From Brevibacillus brevis (lineage in GTDB: Bacteria; Bacillota; Bacilli; Brevibacillales; Brevibacillaceae): a DNA stretch of 32,000 nucleotides. Positions 9,519 to 18,565 of this stretch are shown here, piece by piece (position 1 is the stretch's first letter; each line of letters starts with the position of its first letter). The notes below the pieces were generated by a model, which worked only from the letters and a program-made list of their open reading frames with translations, searched no databases and was not told where the DNA came from. The DNA lies in assembly GCF_031583145.1 (NCBI RefSeq), contig NZ_CP134050.1:685739-717738 (forward strand). Direction: 5' to 3'. The translations under genes were made by a program, and so were the position numbers.

Positions 9519-9698
9519 TTTTCTTAATAGGACACAGGCGGCTATCCAGGGTGGGCAAAGTAGCGAGATCATTTATTACGAAATCGAATAAATGATATCT
9601 AAAAAACGCTCGTTTTATTAACTATTTATTCATAAAAGGTGAGGATTCGCATTAACATAGCCATGCGAAGATGGAACATGTAAATCACGCAAGGTGAG

Positions 9699-10490
9699 GT
9701 GATCCAATACTTGATCGAGATTCAGGAACTGACCAAAGCATTCGGGGGAAATATCGTTCTGGACAAGGTCACCTTCTCCATTCATAACCGGGAATTTCTC
9801 GTCATCCTGGGTTCCAGCGGGGCGGGGAAGTCGACGCTGCTGCGCTGCATCAACGGTTTGCTTGCGCCGACAAGCGGACAGATCCGAATGGACGGTACGG
9901 TCTATACACAAAAGAACATCCGGGAATTAAGGAGAAAAGTGGGCTTTATCTTCCAGCATTACGAGGTGATCGGCAACCTGTCCGTGATGCAGAACGTCCT
10001 GCTGGGCAGCCTGGGTACAAAATCCTTCTGGAATGTCTTTTTTTCCAGGGAGGAGCGCGTCAAGGCAGCGGAAGCCATCGAACTGGTCGGACTGGGGGAC
10101 AAGGTCCATGTACGGGTCGATCAGCTCAGCGGCGGACAAAAGCAAAGGGTCGGGATTGCCCGGGCCGTTTTTCAAAATCCGCAGGTGATTTTGGCCGATG
10201 AACCTGTTGCCAGTCTGGATCCGGTGACCAGTCTGGAAATCCTTTCGCTGCTCAAGCGAATCAAGGAGGAAAAAGGCACGACCATTGTCTGCAATCTTCA
10301 CCAGCTGGAGTATGCGCGCACTTTCGGGGAACGGATTATCGGGATTCGCCACGGAATGATTCAGTATGACGGGCAGGCATCCCGGATTACGGAAGCGGAT
10401 ATCCGGAACATTTACGGTAATGCTTACATGCTGGAACAGGGTGAGCGTGAAGAGGAAGGACGCACTGCTGCACAATTGGTTCATTCCTAA
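9699..10490 (+). CDS. ptxA: Phosphite/phosphonate ABC transporter ATP-binding protein (PtxA/PhnC type)
   Basis: ILGSSGAGKSTLLRCINGL, LSGGQKQRVGIARAVFQNPQVILADEPVASLDP, IVCNLHQLEYARTFGERIIGIRHG (PhnC signature); GTG start assumed, TTG at 9711 possible. Confidence 0.88.
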   Translation: MIQYLIEIQELTKAFGGNIVLDKVTFSIHNREFLVILGSSGAGKSTLLRCINGLLAPTSGQIRMDGTVYTQKNIRELRRKVGFIFQHYEVIGNLSVMQNVLLGSLGTKSFWNVFFSREERVKAAEAIELVGLGDKVHVRVDQLSGGQKQRVGIARAVFQNPQVILADEPVASLDPVTSLEILSLLKRIKEEKGTTIVCNLHQLEYARTFGERIIGIRHGMIQYDGQASRITEADIRNIYGNAYMLEQGEREEEGRTAAQLVHS

Positions 10491-10509
10491 ACAACGAGGA
10501 GGGCTTTTT

Positions 10510-11427
10510 ATGAAAAAACGATTTGTGCTTGGCATGATTCTGGCACTCACCGCCATGCTCGCTGTCGGATGCGGAAGCAACAACACGGCGCCAGCGGGGA
10601 CAAATGCCGCCAATGAGACAAATGCCGCAAAGGCAAGCAAGCCGGAAAAGCTGCGGGTAGCGCTGCTGCCGGACGAATCGCCGTCCACGGTCATTACGAA
10701 CAATACCGCGTTGAAAGAGTATTTGTCGAAAACGCTGAACATGGAAGTGGAACTGGTGGTGACCACGGACTACTCTTCCATGATTGAAGCGATGCGAAAC
10801 GGAAAAATCGATGTCGGCTACTACGGCCCGCTTTCCTACGTGCTGCTGAAGCAAAAAATGGAGAATGCGGTGGCGTTTGCGGCTAAAGTGGAAAACGGCT
10901 CTCCTACTTACCAAGCTGTCGTGATTGCCGGCGCCGATACCGGGATTCAATCGCTTTCCGATGTCAAAGGAAAAACCGTTGCCTACGGGGATGTATCGTC
11001 CACATCCAGCCACTTGATCCCCAAGGAAATGCTCTTGTCGGAAGGAAAAGCGGAAGCAGGCAAGGACTACGAGGAACAATTTGTCGGAGCGCATGATGCC
11101 GTTGCCATGGCAGTACAAAACGGAAACGCGCAGGCTGGCGGGCTGAGCAAGCCAATCTTTGAATCGATGGTGGAAAAAGGGACGATCGACCCGAACAAAG
11201 TCAAAGTGATTGCCGAATCGAAACCGTATCCGAACTACCCATGGGTATTGAACGGCGAATTGGACGCTGAGCTGCAGGAACAGATCAAACAGGCTTTCTA
11301 CAACCTGAAGGACGAGGCTGTCTTAAAACCGTTGAAAGGGGAAGGCTTTGCTCCGATCGAGGACAAGGATTATGATGTAATCCGCAACATGGTGGAATTG
11401 CTTGGCGTGGATCTGGAGTCGGTCTGA
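10510..11427 (+). CDS. ptxB: Phosphite/phosphonate ABC transporter substrate-binding lipoprotein (PtxB/PhnD type)
   Basis: MKKRFVLGMILALTAMLAVGCGSNN lipobox; LRVALLPDESPSTVITNN...DYSSMIEAMRNGKIDVGYYGPLSYVLL; GVDLESV C-terminus. Confidence 0.88.
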   Translation: MKKRFVLGMILALTAMLAVGCGSNNTAPAGTNAANETNAAKASKPEKLRVALLPDESPSTVITNNTALKEYLSKTLNMEVELVVTTDYSSMIEAMRNGKIDVGYYGPLSYVLLKQKMENAVAFAAKVENGSPTYQAVVIAGADTGIQSLSDVKGKTVAYGDVSSTSSHLIPKEMLLSEGKAEAGKDYEEQFVGAHDAVAMAVQNGNAQAGGLSKPIFESMVEKGTIDPNKVKVIAESKPYPNYPWVLNGELDAELQEQIKQAFYNLKDEAVLKPLKGEGFAPIEDKDYDVIRNMVELLGVDLESV

Positions 11428-12260
11428 TGAAACCGGAACAATCAGAAGCAGTCCACAAGAAAGCAGCTCTCTCGCCCGGAAACAGCTTCTGGGCGAACTG
11501 GGGCTGGGTGATCGGCACGGGAGCTGTCCTGATCGTCGGAGCGTTGGTCTATACCCTCGTGATCAGTTGGGAAGCGTTGATGGCAGGCGACATTCTGGAA
11601 AACATGTCCCGCATCATCGGCGAAATGTTTCCGCCCGATCTGTCGATTATCGCCACATTGGGCCAACCGATCATCGACACGTTGGCGATGAGTGTAATGG
11701 CTACCCTGCTTGCGGTTTGCATCGCCTTTCCGCTCGGCTTTCTCGCCGCGGAAACCACGACCATCCATCCGACAGTGCGGTATTTGGTCAAAGGGTTGTT
11801 CAATGCCTTGCGAACCATTCCTGAATTGATTTTGGCGATCATTTTTGTCGCTTCGGTTGGGTTTGGTATCCTGCCGGGAATTCTGGCCTTGGGCCTGCAT
11901 TCAGCGGGGATGCTTGGGAAATTTTACGCCGAAGCCATTGACAAGGTGGACAAGGGACTGATAGAAGCGGTGGAAGCATGCGGCGGATCCCGTTTTCACG
12001 TCATCGTGTTTGGCGTGATTCCGCAGATTATCAGCCATTGCGTCGATTTCTCCCTGTACCGTTGGGAGTACAACTTTCGGGCATCAACCGTTGTAGGGAT
12101 GATTGGAGCGGGTGGAATCGGCTTCCAACTGATGGCCTCCCTGCGGATCCTGCAGTATCAAGAGGTGTTGGCCATCCTGGTGGCCGTGTTTGTCATGGTT
12201 CAGCTTGTCGATGCGTTCGGAAACGCAATTCGAAACAAATTGATCGTGCGGGAGAGGTAA
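11427..12260 (+). CDS. ptxC: Phosphite/phosphonate ABC transporter permease (PtxC/PhnE type)
   Basis: MFPPDLSIIATLGQPIIDTLAMSVMATLLAVCIAFPLGFLAAETTT...RTIPELILAIIFVASVGFGILPGILALGLHSAGMLGKFYAEAIDKVDKGLIEAVEACGG...STVVGMIGAGGIGFQL; TGATG overlap with ptxB. Confidence 0.9.
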   Translation: MKPEQSEAVHKKAALSPGNSFWANWGWVIGTGAVLIVGALVYTLVISWEALMAGDILENMSRIIGEMFPPDLSIIATLGQPIIDTLAMSVMATLLAVCIAFPLGFLAAETTTIHPTVRYLVKGLFNALRTIPELILAIIFVASVGFGILPGILALGLHSAGMLGKFYAEAIDKVDKGLIEAVEACGGSRFHVIVFGVIPQIISHCVDFSLYRWEYNFRASTVVGMIGAGGIGFQLMASLRILQYQEVLAILVAVFVMVQLVDAFGNAIRNKLIVRER

Positions 12261-12262
12261 TC

Positions 12263-13273
12263 ATGAAGAAGCCAAAGGTGTTTATTTCGCATTGGATGCC
12301 GGCCATCGGCGTGGACATGATCCGGCAGCACTGCGAGGTTGACTACTACGACGGAACGGTTCCCCTGGACAAGAGGGAATTCATTGCCCGGGCAGCAGAC
12401 GCGGACGCCCTGCTGGTTTTCGTACCGGATGTGATCGACGCAGAGATTTTGGACCATTGCCCCAAGGTAAAAGTGATCAGCAGCTTTGGAAAAGGGTATG
12501 ACAACATCGATGTGGGAGCGTGTTCCAGGCGGGGCATCCTGGTTACCATCAATCCGGACGCCCTGACGGATTCCACGGCGGATTTGGCCATCGGTCTTCT
12601 GCTCGCCCTCTCGCGCAACATTTTGCCGGGAGACGCTCATGTCAGAAGAAAGGCTTTTGCCGGATGGCATGCCACCAACCTGCTGGGAAAGGATTTTCAC
12701 CATTCCACGTTGGGGATTATTGGCATGGGGGCCATCGGAGAAGCGATTGCCGCCAGAGCCAAAGGATTTCAGACGGAGATGTGGTACACCGATGTGCAGC
12801 GTTTTCCGGAAAAGGAAGAGAAATGGGGGATTCGCTATACCGACCTCCAAAGTTTGCTGGAACAATCGGATTTTGTCATCGTCGCCGTCAATCTGGTGCC
12901 GGAAACCTATCATCTGATCGGCGGGGATCAGCTGCAGCGGATGAAGCCGGGCAGCTGTCTGATCAATATCAGCAGGGGATCCACCGTGGATGAGGCGGCC
13001 GTCGCCCGATCCCTGCAGGCCGGGCATCTGGGAGGATACGCGTCCGATGTGTTTGCGTTTGAAGATCCTTCGAACCCCCATCGTCCGGGGTATATCGCCG
13101 AGGAATTGCTGTCCCGCCAGACGGACACCGTCTTTACGCCCCATATCGGCACAGGAACCTTGCAGGCACGGGACCGTTTGGCGGTTTCCAGCGCCAATCA
13201 GCTGCTGGCCGCACTGAAAGGCGACCGTCCAACAGGTGCCGTCAATTTCCAGCAAGTCAAAGAGTTGGCTTAA
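12263..13273 (+). CDS. ptxD: NAD-dependent phosphite dehydrogenase (PtxD-like D-2-hydroxyacid dehydrogenase family)
   Basis: VISSFGKGYDNIDVGACSRRGILVTINPDALTDSTADLAIGLLLALSR...LGIIGMGAIGEAIA...NISRGSTVDEAAV...LGGYASDVFAFEDPSNPHRPGYIAEELLSRQTDTVFTPHIGTGTLQARDRLAV, matching the PtxD pattern GGYAADVFEMEDWARADRP...LFTPHIGS; directly downstream of ptxABC. Confidence 0.85.
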   Translation: MKKPKVFISHWMPAIGVDMIRQHCEVDYYDGTVPLDKREFIARAADADALLVFVPDVIDAEILDHCPKVKVISSFGKGYDNIDVGACSRRGILVTINPDALTDSTADLAIGLLLALSRNILPGDAHVRRKAFAGWHATNLLGKDFHHSTLGIIGMGAIGEAIAARAKGFQTEMWYTDVQRFPEKEEKWGIRYTDLQSLLEQSDFVIVAVNLVPETYHLIGGDQLQRMKPGSCLINISRGSTVDEAAVARSLQAGHLGGYASDVFAFEDPSNPHRPGYIAEELLSRQTDTVFTPHIGTGTLQARDRLAVSSANQLLAALKGDRPTGAVNFQQVKELA

Positions 13274-13287
13274 GCAAGAAGGAAACG

Positions 13288-13336
13288 AAAAAGGAAAACC
13301 GGCTGCCGTTCTTGCGGCGATCGGTTTTCCTTTTTT
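13288..13336. terminator. Bidirectional intrinsic terminator between the ptx operon and the convergent LysR gene
   Basis: AAAAAGGAAAACCG ... CGGTTTTCCTTTTTT inverted repeat between convergent genes. Confidence 0.85.
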
Positions 13337-13347
13337 ATCGAGACTTT

Positions 13348-14253
13348 TCAGGATGCAAAATACTTTCCGATATAGTGCAGGAACGTTTCCGTTTGGCTGG
13401 GTAGCACTTTGCTTTTGTCGCTGACCAGGTAAAAGGAGCGGTGAAAATGCATGCCTTTCATGGGAATGATCCGCAGCGTCCCCAGTTTCAATTCGCGTGT
13501 CAGGGCGAACCGGGACAGGATCGAGATCCCCATCCCTGTTTCCACGGCAGCCTTCACCGCCTCCGTATTTCCCAATTCCATCACGATGTGCAGTTTCTCG
13601 GGATCAAGATCCAGCCCTACCAGCGTTTCTTCAATGACCTGACGCGTCCCTGACCCCGGTTCCCGCAGAATTAGCGGGAGGGAAAACAGTTCGTATGGGG
13701 TGATGGATTCGCGGTTTTGAAGCAAGGGATGGGGCGATTCCCGTGAGCAAACCACCATCAGTTCGTCATCCAGAATGGGCTGGTAGGAAAGCTTGGGGTG
13801 GCGCAGCGAAGACTCGATGAATCCCAGCTGTATTTCGTGGTCCAGCAGCTGGTTGATGATCTGATGGGAATTGTTGATTTGCATACGGATCGTCACTTGG
13901 GGATAATCCCTCTTGAAGCGGCCCAGTACATAGGGGAGCACGTGCTCGCCAATCGTCGTGCTCGCGCCGATGTGGACCTCGCCGGTTAAAGCGCCGGACA
14001 AAAGGGATATTTCCTTTTCGGCGTTCTCCACCAGGTGAAAGATTCTCTCCGCGTAATGAAACAGGAGGTTTCCGGATTCCGTCAACCGGATCGACTTGGT
14101 GGTGCGCTCAAAAAGTTTCGTCTGCAGATGTTCCTCCAGACGCCGGATCTGGATGCTGACGGAGGATTGGGAAATGTGCAGGGACTTGGCCGTTTGCGAA
14201 AAATTCCGCTTCTTGGCCGCCACGTAAAATACCTTCAAGTGATCGAGATTCAT
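13348..14253 (-). CDS. LysR-family transcriptional regulator
   Basis: MNLDHLKVFYVAAKKRNFSQTAKSLHISQSSVSIQIRRLEEHLQTKLFERTTKSIRLTESG plus LysR substrate-binding domain. Confidence 0.93.
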   Translation of the reverse strand: MNLDHLKVFYVAAKKRNFSQTAKSLHISQSSVSIQIRRLEEHLQTKLFERTTKSIRLTESGNLLFHYAERIFHLVENAEKEISLLSGALTGEVHIGASTTIGEHVLPYVLGRFKRDYPQVTIRMQINNSHQIINQLLDHEIQLGFIESSLRHPKLSYQPILDDELMVVCSRESPHPLLQNRESITPYELFSLPLILREPGSGTRQVIEETLVGLDLDPEKLHIVMELGNTEAVKAAVETGMGISILSRFALTRELKLGTLRIIPMKGMHFHRSFYLVSDKSKVLPSQTETFLHYIGKYFAS

Positions 14254-14370
14254 GGATCTTCTCCTGTTTGCCGAGGTTAGTTTTATCTTAAATCATTTTC
14301 CGCGACGGAGAAAGACAGCCAACCGGATTTACGCAAAAAGGCGGTTAGCGCAAGTGACCATCGACCGGGT

Positions 14371-14451
14371 CAAGTGATGCGGTATACCTTCAGCTTGCGG
14401 TGCAAGGTGCGTATGCCGATGCCCGGCTCCTTGGCGGCTTCCTGCTTGCCT
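14371..14451 (-). pseudogene. C-terminal Fis-type HTH fragment of a sigma-54-dependent regulator
   Basis: Minus strand GKQEAAKEPGIGIRTLHRKLKVYRIT* resembles the EAAKLLGIGIRTLHRKLKEY tail of RocR/NtrC-type activators; nothing upstream remains. Confidence 0.6.
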
Positions 14452-14500
14452 TACGATCCGCACCGTGCTTCCTGCGTGCCGCCCGGATGGCAAGACGGGC

Positions 14501-14620
14501 CTGGAAAATGTGATTGAAGGCCGGTTCATTCATGTAAAAAAGAAAAACAGGCAGGAAGCGGCTGACAAGGCGATGAATTTACTGGGAAGAGTGGGACTGA
14601 CTGACAAGGCGGACGCGTCG
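14501..14620 (+). pseudogene. Internal fragment of a polar amino-acid ABC transporter ATPase (GlnQ-like)
   Basis: LENVIEGRFIHVKKKNRQEAADKAMNLLGRVGLTDKADAS matches the LENV...VKKKSKEEA...AxxLLxxVGLxDKADxYP segment of this family. Confidence 0.7.
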
Positions 14621-14657
14621 GTTCCTGCAGCAACTATTATAAGGAGAAGGTGGACAC

Positions 14658-16307
14658 ATGTTGAATTGCCGTGAACAGATTCTGGCTTTGACCGAAGCGT
14701 TGGTGGGTGTGGAAAGCGTTGTAAACACAAAGGGCGAAATCGACATCGCCCGCCATCTCTACCAATACCTGAATACGCTCCCCTATTTTCAGGAAAACCC
14801 TGACCGGCTTGTCCTCTCCCGTACAGGTAACGACGAGCTGGAGCGGTACAACGTTTTGGCATTTGTCAAAGGCACCAAGAGACCGAGCAGCAAGACGGTC
14901 ATCCTGATGGGGCATCTCGATACGGTGGGGATCGAGGATTACAACCACCTGAGAGACAAGGCCTGCCGTCCGCGCCCCCTGATGGAAGCCTTGGCGCGGG
15001 AGCCTTTGCCGGAACTGGTCAGGCAGCAGCTGGAATCGGGGGAATGGTACTTCGGCCGCGGCGCGCTGGATATGAAGGGCGGTGTCGCCAGCCATCTCTA
15101 CCTGCTGCGCCACTACGCCGAGCATCCGGAGGAATTGGCCGGCAATTTGCTGTTTTTGGCCGAGTGCGACGAGGAAGACAGTTCCCACGGTGTCCTGTCG
15201 GCACTAAAGGATTTGCAAAAATGGCGGGACGAGCACGGCTTCGAGTACATCGCCCTGATCAACTCCGACTTCGTCGCGCCGCGCTACGACGGCGATCCCA
15301 ATCGCTATATCTACAAGGGGACCGTGGGCAAGCTGCTACCGTCGTTTTTCATCACCGGATATGAAACGCACGCAGGGTCGGCGTTTGAAGGACTTGACCC
15401 GAATTTCATCGCCGCCGAGCTCACGCGTCAAATCAGCTACAATCCCGATCTTTGCGACGAGGCGTACGGCGAAATGCCGGTGCCGCCAGTCTCCTTGAAG
15501 CAGACCGACCTCAAGCCCACCTACACGATCCAGACGGCATTGTCCGCTTATGTCTACTTCAATTTTTTCATCCACTCCTGGTCGCCGAAGCAAGTATTGC
15601 AGATGCTGAAGGAACAGGCGGAAATCGCCTTTGAGAACGCGCTCACGCTTCTTCGCGAACGCCATCGCCGTTTTTGCGAGCGGAGCGGGCAGGCCTGGAC
15701 CGAACTGCCGTGGAAAACGCGCGTGCTCGTATACGAGGAGATGAAAAAACAGCTGGTGGAGGAGAACGGCGAGGCCTTCCTTGCCCATATGAAACAGTTC
15801 AAGGAGCAGCTGCTGGAAGACAAGAGCCTGGATGTCCGGATGTTCGCTGCCCGTGTCGTGGAGGAAGAATGGAAGTGGATGAAGGACAGGAGCCCGGCCA
15901 TCATCCTGTTTTACTCTTCTCTCTACTCCCCCCGGATCGAGCTGGTGGGCAGGGATGAGCGGGAGCAAAATCTGATCCATGCGCTAGAGCGTGCTGTCGA
16001 GACCGTCCAACCGCATTATCCGCATCCCATCGTGACGCGTCATTTCTTTCCGTTCGTATGTGACATGAGCTTTGTATCCCTCTCCGACGATGAGGAAGGA
16101 ATCCGGGCGGTTGCGGAAAACAATCCGGCTTGGGGGACGAAGCATTTCGTGAATTATCAGGATGTCCGCGAAATCGATGTCCCTTGCATCAATATCGGAC
16201 CGTATGGATACGACGCGCACAATCGGTATGAGCGCATGGAGATTCCGTACTCGGCGGAAGTGGTGCCGAATGTGACGAATGAAGTGATCAAGGAACTGTT
16301 GACGTAA
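14658..16307 (+). CDS. rocB: M20 family metallopeptidase, arginine utilization protein RocB-like
   Basis: VILMGHLDTVGIEDYNHLRDKA, WYFGRGALDMKGGVASHL, LLFLAECDEEDSSHGVLSAL, YKGTVGKLLPSFFITGYETHAGSAFEGLDPNFIAAELTRQI, 549 aa. Confidence 0.85.
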   Translation: MLNCREQILALTEALVGVESVVNTKGEIDIARHLYQYLNTLPYFQENPDRLVLSRTGNDELERYNVLAFVKGTKRPSSKTVILMGHLDTVGIEDYNHLRDKACRPRPLMEALAREPLPELVRQQLESGEWYFGRGALDMKGGVASHLYLLRHYAEHPEELAGNLLFLAECDEEDSSHGVLSALKDLQKWRDEHGFEYIALINSDFVAPRYDGDPNRYIYKGTVGKLLPSFFITGYETHAGSAFEGLDPNFIAAELTRQISYNPDLCDEAYGEMPVPPVSLKQTDLKPTYTIQTALSAYVYFNFFIHSWSPKQVLQMLKEQAEIAFENALTLLRERHRRFCERSGQAWTELPWKTRVLVYEEMKKQLVEENGEAFLAHMKQFKEQLLEDKSLDVRMFAARVVEEEWKWMKDRSPAIILFYSSLYSPRIELVGRDEREQNLIHALERAVETVQPHYPHPIVTRHFFPFVCDMSFVSLSDDEEGIRAVAENNPAWGTKHFVNYQDVREIDVPCINIGPYGYDAHNRYERMEIPYSAEVVPNVTNEVIKELLT

Positions 16308-16567
16308 AGGATTTGTCCCGCAAACAGGAACAAATGGGCGGGCCGTTGTCCTTTTGGGGGTGACGGCTTCTTTGTACAAGTGTCGCTGTACGTTTCTGCC
16401 TGGACAGTCGGATGGCGGGAATTTTGCCGTTTCGTGTTTCCGATCGTTTTTGTGTATACTCATTACAGGATTCGAAAAAAAGCAACCTTTTGAAACTGCA
16501 AAATGCAATACAAGAAAGCGAGTGAAATAAACGTGAAAGTGGCATCCATCCAATTGGAGATCAAGTT

Positions 16568-17173
16568 GAGTCCGTATAATTGTGTAAAAACAGCATCTCT
16601 CTAAAAATAAGGGAGCCATTTTCAATCCCCCTCGGTTAGAATGAAGTTGACTAGACAACATTCGAAGGAGAGGGAATTTGAAATGGCTCAATACCAGATT
16701 ACCGTAGATTCGCAACTTTTGCATCAGCTTTTTCTCGGCAATTCACAGGATTCGGGAGTGGCCAAGTTGTTGGAATCCGTATTGAACCAAGTCTTGCAGG
16801 CACAGGCGACCGAACAGTTGGGGGCGGAACCCTACGAACGGACAGATGAGCGTCAAGCATATCGAAATGGTACATACCCACACCAATTGACTACACGTGT
16901 CGGTACGATCACGCTTCGTGTCCCCCGGATTCGCGGCGGGAAGTTCTCAACGGAGTTGTTTGCCAGTTACCAACGCAGCGAACAGGCTCTGGTGCTAGCT
17001 TTGATGGAGATGGTCGTAAACGGGGTGTCGACCCGCAAGGTGTCACAGATCACGGATGAATTGTGTGGCACGGCGTTTTCGAAATCCACGGTGTCGGATC
17101 TGTGTAAGTGGCTGGACCCAATCGTGACAGCTTGGAACAACCGTCCGCTTCATGACCATTCGTTCCCTGTTTT
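16568..17173 (+). mobile_element. IS256-family element copy 1, right part lost
   Basis: Left terminal sequence GAGTCCGTATAATTGTGTAAAAACAG identical to copy 2; similarity with copy 2 stops within the transposase codons ...ACNNTTCGTTCCC. Confidence 0.85.
16683..17173 (+). pseudogene. IS256-family transposase, N-terminal part only
   Basis: MAQYQITVDSQLLHQLFLGNSQDSGVAKLLESVLNQVLQAQATEQLGAEPYERTDERQAYRNGTYPHQLTTRVGTITLRVPRIRGGKFSTELFASYQRSEQALVLALMEMVVNGVSTRKVSQITDELCG; ORF stops shortly after RPLHDHSFPVF. Confidence 0.9.
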
Positions 17174-17187
17174 TGGCAAGTAAGAAA

Positions 17188-17415
17188 TGTAGTAAATGGC
17201 AATTAAAAATGTACCACTTGCCTTCAACTTTTTTATTTACCGTGTAAAAGCGATTCTTTGTACCGATGGCTTTCGCCATTGAATATGATCAAATGAGAGT
17301 GATGAATCAAACGATCAATCACTGCCACTGTCAAAATTCGATCGCCAAAAACATGGTTCCATTGTGGGATTGGATCCGTGATATTGATCCGGTCGGTCGG
17401 CGTATCGGTAAACAA
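17188..17415 (-). pseudogene. IS21-family remnant: terminus plus C-terminus of IstB
   Basis: Minus strand PIPQWNHVFGDRILTVAVIDRLIHHSHLIIFNGESHRYKESLLHGK* is the conserved IstB tail; putative element end begins TGTAGTAAATGGCAATTAAAAATGTACCAC at 17188. Confidence 0.75.
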
Positions 17416-17563
17416 CGAGGAGGCATTTTGGGTTGATCTGAGCAGGATAATCGAGGAAAATATGTATCAAAATCTTCCTTTTTCCACGCTCCCTGCCCAC
17501 GACTGTATTCTAACCCGTTGTCGTTTTTTACCATCAGGTATATACTGTTGTTTGGAAGGAGGG

Positions 17564-18112
17564 ATGGGGATGCTTAGAAGATTTATGTTGGCGTTTATTG
17601 CTCTTCTTTGCCTCGGGGCACAAACTGCTTCCGCAGATGTTTCTGTTAAGGGATATTTCAGAAAAGACGGTACATACGTCAAACCACATATGCGGAGTAA
17701 TCCAGACGGCAACTTTTGGAACAATTGGAGCACCAAGGGCAACATAAATCCATACACAGGGGAACCTGGAACGAAATCATGGCCGACTTACACGCCATCG
17801 TTTACACCGTACACACCAACGTTACCGGAACCGACATTGCCTGACTTTCCAACGTACTCACAACCGAATTACACGCCGTCTCAATCCGAACCTGTCCCGC
17901 CAGAGGCACCAGAAACATTTATGTCGCCGAAGCCTGCGAAGGGATGCCAATCCATCACAATTCCAGAACGCAAGATACCTCAAAGGGTGATTCCCAAACG
18001 TGTCATTCCTGCTCGGACCATCAACGGCATTTACTATCCGGAAATGGTTTTGCCGGAAGTTGTACTCCCTGAAGTTGTATTGCCTGCCCAAACGATGACT
18101 ATATGTAATTAA
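17564..18112 (+). CDS. Secreted small protein with Pro/Val-rich short repeats
   Basis: Signal peptide MGMLRRFMLAFIALLCLGAQTASA; VKGYFRKDGTYVKPHMRSNPDGNFWNNWSTKGNINPYTGEPG motif; C-terminus IPERKIPQRVIPKRVIPARTINGIYYPEMVLPEVVLPEVVLPAQT. Confidence 0.7.
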   Translation: MGMLRRFMLAFIALLCLGAQTASADVSVKGYFRKDGTYVKPHMRSNPDGNFWNNWSTKGNINPYTGEPGTKSWPTYTPSFTPYTPTLPEPTLPDFPTYSQPNYTPSQSEPVPPEAPETFMSPKPAKGCQSITIPERKIPQRVIPKRVIPARTINGIYYPEMVLPEVVLPEVVLPAQTMTICN

Positions 18113-18522
18113 AAAGGAGTTGCGCTCATTTATCAATTGGCTCCCATTTCGTTTTCTGTTATGGGCTTCCTTGTGTACACTTTGATAAATGAGATTCTTC
18201 CGGAAAAGCATGATTAAGCGAGTCGCATACGCTGGAAGCGACAGCCCAGCAGCGTACCAGAGATGTGGTCATCGTTTTGCCTGTTGAAAGACAGTCCTTC
18301 TCTATTCGGGGAAGGGCTTTTATGCTGCGCTAGCCTGTGAAGCACTGCGTAGAGGCGTGACTCCCTCTTCAACTGGTCGGCCAAGCAGGCGAGTGCTTAC
18401 CTCGCTCCGGCGTTATGGCTGTGTAATCGACTGACCGCGATGAACACTTCATGTGGCTAAGAGCTGGGTATAGACTTGCTTTGGATCGGGATCGTGATGG
18501 AGTAGCGTGTGAATAACATTGT

Positions 18523-18552
18523 AACGCCCTTCTCGTTTTGAGTAAGGGCGTT
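18523..18552. terminator. Intrinsic terminator (inverted repeat) 3' of the XRE gene
   Basis: AACGCCCTT ctcgttttgagt AAGGGCGTT. Confidence 0.55.
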
Positions 18553-18565
18553 GAATTTTAACATT

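Noticed and set aside
9927-10766. 279-aa minus-strand ORF across the ptxA/ptxB boundary
   Set aside because: Antisense to clear ABC ATPase and lipoprotein genes; no domain signal.
13348-14253. Naming the LysR gene ptxE
   Set aside because: The position is suggestive but the gene is convergent and lacks diagnostic residues I can verify, so no symbol was assigned.
18010-18100. Possible CRISPR-like or tandem DNA repeat
   Set aside because: Repeat units are ~15 bp, in frame and encode VLPEV/VIPxR pentapeptides; there are no spacers.
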